Assembly (NCBI GenBank): GCA_964016885.1
Contig: OZ024740.1
Location: 66,898,001-66,962,000, forward strand
Length of the DNA stretch: 64,000 nucleotides
Origin: Eledone cirrhosa
Lineage: Eukaryota
Reading direction: 5' to 3'
Below are positions 55,743 to 64,000 of the stretch, in pieces (position 1 is the first letter of the stretch; the number at the start of each line of letters is the position of its first letter). The notes beneath the pieces are model-generated. The model ran no database searches. It was not told the origin of the DNA and saw only the letters and a list, made by a program, of their open reading frames with translations. Position numbers and translations under genes: made by a program.

Positions 55743-56314
55743 TGTGTGTATTATATTATATTATATATGGAGAAAACCAATATACATAAATATCTCATAT
55801 TAGTTGCTGATATGGACTAGAAGTGTTACTTTTAAGTTGCCTTAACTTTAATATACTTTTATAAGTGACTTAAAGTTCTCTGAAGCCCTTTCATCAAGTT
55901 GTACTTCTCTCTAACTCGCAATATTCTTCTTTTAATATATCTCCGTATCCAATTACATGGATTTGTAATGTGAAAGCACTTATCGAATCAATACATTGAC
56001 TGTATTCCACAATGTTATTATTACTAGTGTAAAGCGAAAAATAGTGATATGAGTTATACAATTATCAATTTCCTTGAATAAAACAATTATTTTCATATAA
56101 TAAGTGTTACTCTGCTAAAATGACCTATTATATAATGTATTTCTCTATCGACATCTTAAAGTATACATTATTTATATATATTATTAATGCACTAAATACC
56201 TGAAGTAAAATGAATTCTACTTCAGCTCAACTGGTTTTCATATTGATATCTATTAGTATCTATCTACGCTTATGCAAACTAAAGCAAATACTTGTAAAAG
56301 TAGGCAGCTACAGA

Positions 56315-56354
<40 letters not shown>

Positions 56355-56361
<7 letters not shown>

Positions 56362-56482
56362 ATTGAATGGCTTCTACAGGACTAGACCTCTTTCATTCGG
56401 AGGAAATCACCAGGAAAGCCCTGATGATTTCCTCCGAATGAAACAGTTCTTGTCCTTTGGAAGCCATTTATATATTAAATAT
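56355..56482. repeat. Fold-back repeat with an HHR core in each arm
   Basis: Plus arm CTGATGA-tttc ctcc gaat-GAAA at 56421-56443. The left arm is its diverged reverse complement. Confidence 0.75.
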
Positions 56483-56565
56483 TTATAGTCTGCTATGTAT
56501 TGAGTACCTTACTTCCTGTGGTTACCCCCGATTGAACCTAGAATAGACACACATCAACACACACA

Positions 56566-56632
<67 letters not shown>

Positions 56633-57800
56633 GTCACCTTGAGCCAATCCTCTGCAAAACGCGCGTAAGAGGTGGATACGCAATGAATATTTTCATATGG
56701 AAATGAAAGTTCCTCGTTTCTGCTATTATATATATATTAGATAGGGAAATAGTGCTTCCAACGTATTTTGACTAAGTAAATTAGCTTAGTAGTTTGGAGC
56801 CATAAAAATACACAGAATGGAGAAATGATGAGCATTGATGCACATAGGACACGAACCCACATCTTTGACTATCATGTCCATTGTGCTAACCATAACACCT
56901 ATAAAATCTCACATGCAAATCTTTAGAATTATGACAAAAAGATTTAATTCAACACAACACGTAGTAATAATATTAGTAACCAATGAATGTAAGCAGAAAA
57001 GTAGATACATGTAAATTAATAGCACATAGTGAGAAATAGAATGTTTTAATAGAAGTGCATAGTTGTAGGTTTTTTTGTGTGTAAGTGTTAGATAAAAAAA
57101 ACTGTGCAACAGCGGTGCCATGTCATATTAGGCGGAGGAGAGAGAATCGGAGAGTTTGACTTTTAAACCCTTTACTAGTAATTTAATAATATTTATATTA
57201 ATACATGTACAACAAGTAAACTCATTATTATTGTTAATCGTGTTACTCACTCAGGCATAAACGAGAGTCTGAATAAAAAAAAATATGCAACTGTCATAGC
57301 TACGGCATAAGTATACATGTGGAATACGCTAAAAGTAAGCCAAAAAATGTGTTCCGTTTTTAAGGACACTATTATAAGTCTTGATAGTATAAATGCCCGA
57401 TACTCTTTCCATCTATTTCAATATGGGACCGCAGTTATACTAGTATTTATCTAAACACTAGTACAGTGTTTACATAAATACTGAATATAAACCCACTTCT
57501 ATGTACTTCATAAGCGTAAAACATTTCTAAATTCTATTTCACTCTGTTTGCCATTTATATACTTAGTGTTTTCTTGCTTTCCTTCATTGTTGCTAATATT
57601 CTTACTACGTTTTGTGTTGATTAAATATTTAAGCCATATACTTGAAAATTTGCATGTGAGTTTATAATCTATTGGAATAATTATCAATTAATTCTAACAG
57701 ATTGATTCATACTTCCCATGGATATAAACGTGACTCAATTCTATAGAAAAGATTGTAAGGATTAAACAAGGATTTGATTTTAAAAGTTTGGTTTCTTAAA

Positions 57801-57831
<31 letters not shown>

Positions 57832-57975
57832 TTATTTAAAAAAAACAAAATAAGACTCCAGTTGCATTTACGATTTCATCTCTTTTTCTTTATATATATA
57901 TATATATACATATATATAAATATATATATATACATATATATAAATATACATATATATACATATATATAAATATAT

Positions 57976-58011
<36 letters not shown>

Positions 58012-58012
<1 letters not shown>

Positions 58013-59299
58013 ATTAAGTTAAAGTGTACATCTACATATGTATACGGAAGTATTAGTATGCATATAAATACACACATGTATACATCTGTACATGTACTCA
58101 GTTTTTCACTAGACACTTTACAGTGAGTTTCAGCTAGTCTGTATGTAACCACACAGACGGACCGGGTTTTAGAGTCATACGAGGTTTCAAGGAAACACAT
58201 TTCCTCTATTCTCCAGAGGGCCAGACAGGAATATTGGACTAGTTTCGATGTTATTACATCTCATCAGCAATATTTACCCATCTTCCGGCTTCTCTGGAGA
58301 ATTGTAAAAGCACATATCGTTATATGCTTTTTCTATGAAAATTAGTAGTGGGTAGACTAATTTGCATAGAACGTGAGTCATTGTACGCACCGGTTCAGCG
58401 GAAACGATAAAAACAAATAACGAAACGAAATTAAATTTCGTTTCGCTTCTAACTCACTTTTGTATGACTGACGCTTAAACAATTAAGTTAAAGTGTACAT
58501 CTACATATGTATACGGAAGTATTAGTATGCATATAAATACACACATGTATACATCTGTACATGTACTCAGTTTTTCACTAGACACTTTACAGTGAGTGTC
58601 AGCTAGTCTGTATGTAACCACACAGACGGACCGGGTTTTAGAGTCATACGAGGTTTCAAGGAAACACATTTCCTCTATTCTCCAGAGGACCAGACAGGAA
58701 TATTGGACTAGTTTCGATGTTATTACATCTCATCAGCAATGTACACTTTAACTTAATTGTTTAAGCGTCAGTCATACAAAAGTGAATTAGAAGCGAAACG
58801 AAATTTAATTTCGTTTCGTTATTTGTTTTTATCGTTTCCGCTGAACCGGTGCGTACAATGACTCACGTTCTATGCAAATTAGTCTACCCACTACTAATTT
58901 TCATAGAAAAAGCATATAACGTTATGTGCTTTTACAATTCTCCAGAGAAGCCGGAAGATGGGTAAATATTGCTGATGAGATGTAATAACATCGAAACTAG
59001 TCCAATATTCCTGTCTGGCCCTCTGGAGAATAGAGGAAATGTGTTTCCTTGAAACCTCGTATGACTCTAAAACCCGGTCCGTCTGTGTGGTTACATACAG
59101 ACTAGCTGACACTCACTGTAAAATGTCTAGTGAAAAACTGAGTACATGTACAGATGTATATATGTGTGTATTTATATGCATACTAATACTTCCGTATACA
59201 TATGTAGATGTACACTATAACTTAATTGTTTAAGCGCCAGTCATACAAAAGTGAGTTAGAAGCGAAACGAAATTTAATTTCGTTTCGTTATTTGTTTTT
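58012..59299. repeat. Family L: 469-bp tandem repeat (about 1.55 units) plus inverted ~1.2 units, one HHR per unit
   Basis: aattaagttaaagtgtac at 58012 and 58481. 58741-59299 is the reverse complement. Long (TA)n on both sides. Confidence 0.93.
58965..59009 (+). ncRNA. Canonical type I HHR, family L (minus-strand copies 58230-58274 and 58699-58740)
   Basis: aatattg-CTGATGA-gatgt aata acatc-GAAA-ctag-TC-caatatt, with a GUC site. Stem I is extended by gatggg/cctgtc, gccgga/tctggc and ttctccagag/ctctggagaa. Confidence 0.92.
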
Positions 59300-59905
<606 letters not shown>

Positions 59906-59938
59906 ACACGGGTGTGTATGATTGTGTATAGAAGATTA

Positions 59939-60325
59939 TATTAATAAAAGGAATTCCAACTTTGTCTGATTTACTCGTTTTATTTACAATCCTTTAAAAT
60001 TTATAATGGTATTATAATGAAATAGTATGATAGAATATTAAATGTTAAGTGTTAATTGAACAAGTACTTTCATGCTTTCGCAATCTTCAGGTTCATAATG
60101 TGTGGTGACAGTCAATTTTGTAATTTTCACATTTGAAAATTACAAACTTGATTGTCACCACACATTATGAACCTGAAGATTGCGAAAGCATGAAAGTACT
60201 TGTTCAATTAACACTTAAAATTTAATATTCTATCATACTATTTCATTATAATACCATTATAAATTTTAAAGGATTGTAAATAAAACGAGTAGATCAGACA
60301 AAGTTGGAATTCCTTTTATTAATAT
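59939..60325. repeat. Palindrome with ~190-bp arms and an HHR in each arm
   Basis: Centre near 60131. HHR at 60168-60206 (+) and 60057-60095 (-): tgaac-CTGAAGA-ttgc gaaa gcat-GAAA-gtac-TT-gttca. Confidence 0.9.
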
Positions 60326-60539
60326 ATATATATATATATATAGATCAGAGCAAACATCACGGACGCTCTATCTCAAAATTATTTTTGAAAAGCATTAGAA
60401 ATGCGCAACCGGTAAAACTTAAAACCAAAACGTAATACTAACCAATACCATTACTAATTCTCACTTATTCCTAATTAAACTATTTTTTACTGTGAACAAT
60501 TTATCAGCATTTTCTATTCCGTTTACCAATATATATATA

Positions 60540-61835
60540 TAAGAAAATGAGGGCTTTTTTTTAATGAAAAAAAGAACGAGATGTCCTACACGAGTGAATG
60601 TATAAGGAGGCAAAATGATGAAGTCAAAACTGAAACTGGAGTCGTTTTAAGAATATTTATGTGTTTCCTTTACCGGTTTCACAGTTCTATGATTTTCAAA
60701 AGTAGAATTGAGATAGAGGTTTTGTGGTTTTTCTCGCATCTAGTTGGTGTTCGAATGTTACTTCTGTCTTATGTGGAAAAAAGTGGCTCGAAATTCTCGG
60801 CCCAGATACTAACTGGCGTGAAATTTAATGTACTTATTCACGTGACAGTCCTAACCAATCAAATTACATTTATAATAAAAACAACATTGTTTAGCTACTT
60901 TTTCAAGTGCAACTGACAATTAAAAAACCTCAAACACGAACTGGCGCGAAAGTTGATGTGCTTATTCACGTGACTGCATCAACAACCAAATTTCACTTAT
61001 ATATAAAAGAACAATCTGAGCCCTCCCCCACTTCTACTTATACAATCTCCCCCCACACACACACAATCACACAAATAAAAATACATATCTCTACTTTCTT
61101 TATTTCAATAGAAAGTCTGATTTTTAACATCTCAGCACATCGGCTATACTCTCTAAACCAGAACAATTCTCCCCATCCCTTTTTTCTTGACTATTATCTT
61201 TTGTTTGGCACAACATTCTCTAAATGGCTACAAAAAAATTCCCAAATACGGGGGCGAAATTTAATGTACTTGTTCACGTGACTGTCATAATTTCATTTAT
61301 AACCAATCAAATTACATTTATAAAAAAATCCTTTTGAGCCACTTTTTTAAGTAAAAAGAAACTCAAACACAAACTGGCGCGAAAGTTGATGTGCATCACG
61401 TGACTGCATCAACCAACCAAATTTCACTCATATATGAAAAAACAATCTGAACCCCCCTCCTCACCCCTTTTTTTTAAAGGCCTATGATAAGAAATTTGTA
61501 ACGCGAACTGGTGCGAAATTTATTATACTTATTCACGTGACAGTCTTCAACCAACCAAATCACTTTTCTAAAAACCTAGCATTTCGAGGCACTTTTTCCA
61601 TATAAAACAGAAGTAACATCTGAACATCAACTAGATTCGAGAAAAACCACAAACCCTCCATCTCAGTTCTACTTTTGAAAAACAGAAGAACTGCGAAACC
61701 AGTAAAGGAACCAAATACATATTCTTAAAAAGATTCCAGATGCATTTTCGACTTCATCTTATTTCCTTATACTTTCACTCGTGTTGGACGTCTCGTTTAT
61801 TTTCATTTTGTAAAAAAAAACCTCATGTTCTAATA
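60540..61835 (+). mobile_element. Diverged family I terminal region with inverted 5' copy and internal subrepeats
   Basis: 60545-60790 is inverted relative to 61580-61835. Repeated aactggcgcgaaa...ttcacgtgac...ccaa units. 61070-61300 matches the reverse complement of 33135-33375. Confidence 0.8.
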
Positions 61836-61901
61836 TGATCAGAAGATCCCGTTAAGGGTGAAAGCAGCGATTCTTTGCTTAAACTTTAATCTGTTATTTT
61901 A

Positions 61902-61943
<42 letters not shown>

Positions 61944-61949
<6 letters not shown>

Positions 61950-62109
61950 ATACTTTGGGAGGGTCATGTTGCCAATAAGAAACACATGCACCAGTTGCAT
62001 CCGCTTCAATTTATTATAAATTAAATTTAATTTATAATAAATTGAAGTGAAAGCAACTGGTGCGTGTGTTTCTTATTGGCAACATGACCCTCCCAAAGTA
62101 TAACAATAT
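61944..62109. repeat. Palindrome ending in the family G-like terminus gaccctcccaaagtataacaata
   Basis: Arms of about 80 bp around aattaaatttaatt. Confidence 0.8.
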
Positions 62110-64000
62110 CGGTTTCAACATACGTTTTCAGATAAATAATTTTGCTAAACAAATTCATAAACGGAATATATATATATATATATATATAAGGGTTAAAATA
62201 CTGGAGCGTGTTGGAGTTAAACACTCTCTTCGTATTATAGAAATGACAGTAAAAGGTATAGCTCAATGTAGTTAAACAGAGCCGAAAAATTAAGAAAGTA
62301 AAACATACATATATATATATATATATGTATGTAAAAGGAAAACAGAAAAAACAACACAATCGGTACGGTATATGGAAGGTATATATTTGGTTAAAGCTTG
62401 ATATAGCAGGAAGAGGGTCCTAGAATTTCGGAGGCCAGACGTTCATCAGAAGAAAGAATGAAAAATAAAATAGATTGAGGGGACGGGTGGGATGGAATTG
62501 GAAAAAATGTATTTAGATAAAAATAACAGGTCCATTCATGTTGACATCTCTTGCAAAACTGTTGGTGCTGGGGTTTCGTGCATGATTTATTTTCTAGAAA
62601 AATGGATGATGGCGCATGTCTACCTGAAATGGAAAAAAAACGTTTTGTAAAAAGAGCTATACTTGACCACGTTCATAAAAATGAGTTTGTGTATGTGTGT
62701 GTGTGTGTGTTATTATAGGTCCGTACGAAGCTAAGAACAAATGTGTGTGTATATGTGAGTAAAGGAGTGCATGTGCATGTAAGTATGAACCTATGAGCGA
62801 AAGTATGTTAATATACGGAGGTGTATCGGCATGTATTAATAGTAAGAGAAGCTGCTAATGATAAAGAGAAAGCGATAGGAATCTAGGGTTGTTATAATGG
62901 GCGGGATATTAGAGAAATTGGGGAGGTGAGTTGAGTCCAAGAGGGGAATAGGACCCAAGACGGGGAATCAGACTTTGTTCAGTCCTGGTGCGCAAGGCCT
63001 GTGATCCATGATATAAAAGAACACCCAGGACTGAAACATGTAGGGAAGAATGACCAGGAGAACAGAAATGACGGGCGACAGGAGTATCCAAACGAGTTGT
63101 ATGTCCCTCAAATGTTCGGCAAAACGGTCCGCCATACGGCGTCCCGTTTGTCCGATATATAAAGACTCGCAAAGGAAACACCGGTGGGCTTAGGCAACGT
63201 CGGTGGATGTGCAGGTGAAAGAATGGCGGATACGGAAAGACCCATTAGGGTCTGTGAGAGTGGTGAGGGTGGAAAGAAAGGGACAAGTGTTGCAGCGGGA
63301 ACGGGAACAATGATGAGAGCCGGATGGAGTCGTGGGAGAGGCCGAAAAATAACTGCGAACCAGGAGGTCGCGGAAGTTTCGGGCGCGCTTAAAAGAAGTA
63401 GTGGGTGGGTTTGGAAAAAAGCGAGAAGTGACGGGGTCAGAAGAGAGAATACGGAAGGAACGGAGGATATGTCGCCGAAGTGGTAGGGTGATAGGGTGGT
63501 AGGTGAGAGGGAAAGGAACACGGGTGTTGGGAGGGCGGGGGTGAGGTGAGAGGGCTGTGCTGCAGTCTGTTTCACGGGCGTGGGTGAGAGTAGCTTGGAT
63601 AAAGGTGGGGGATACCCATGCTGGATGACGCAGGAAGCCATGCGAAGGGAATGGGTTTCGAAATCCTCATCCTGGCTACAGAGTCCACGAAAACGGACGA
63701 ATTGGGAATATGATATGGAGTGTTTGGTGTGGGTTGGATGGGAGGAGCTGAAGTCGAGATAAGATTGGGAGTCTGTTGGTTTAATGAAGATGGATGTAGA
63801 GAGGGTGCGGTGAGAGTGATTAATAGATAGAGAGATATCTAGAAAAGCGACAGAAGAATCAGAGACAGAGGCGGTGAAATTGAGAGCAGGATGGAAAGAT
63901 TGGACAAAAGAAAGAAAATAGTCGAGCTGTTCTCGTGATAGAGAGGTGGCGCCGATACAGTCGTCGATATAACGACAGTATAGCTCAGGAATATGTATAT
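62110..64000 (-). mobile_element. Decayed PLE (RT, thumb, GIY-YIG remnant, 3' UTR), runs off the window
   Basis: YCRYIDDCIG, VAFLDI, IKPTDSQSYLDFSSSHP...YSQF and PVARHF...LGSYSPLGLN. HHR-like CTGATGA...GAAA on the minus strand at about 62418-62453. Confidence 0.88.

Noticed and set aside
56649-56672. cctct...aaa-cgcgcg-ta-agagg HHR-like remnant; similar remnants near 9190-9220 and 37905-37990
   Set aside because: The CUGANGA core is missing or mutated, so these cannot be called ribozymes.
57868-59233. Repeated 64-72 aa ORFs inside the 469-bp unit
   Set aside because: Short, non-ATG starts, no recognisable motif. They recur only because the unit is repeated.

Overview
AT-rich eukaryotic DNA dense in microsatellites. 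The SINE/LINE content suggests a cephalopod, probably Octopus (inference). The window holds five internal coding exons (about TM4-TM10) of one plus-strand SLC6 Na+/Cl- -dependent amino-acid/neurotransmitter transporter; its 5' and 3' exons were not found here. The introns contain decayed Penelope-like retroelements (PLEs), a Dong/R4-type LINE, an RTE LINE 3' end, two non-autonomous Helitrons and tRNA-derived SINEs. The main signal is absent from the ORF track: at least ten sequence-distinct families of type I hammerhead ribozyme (HHR)-bearing repeats, nearly all inserted in (TA)n tracts. Several are retrozyme-like tandem arrays (units of 310, 469, 483 and about 525 bp), often with inverted copies. 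Others carry variant catalytic cores (U3-A8, A4, C4). One PLE has a coiled-coil-like ORF1 joined to its RT frame by a putative U_UUU_UUA -1 frameshift. All structures were folded by eye and no activity has been tested.
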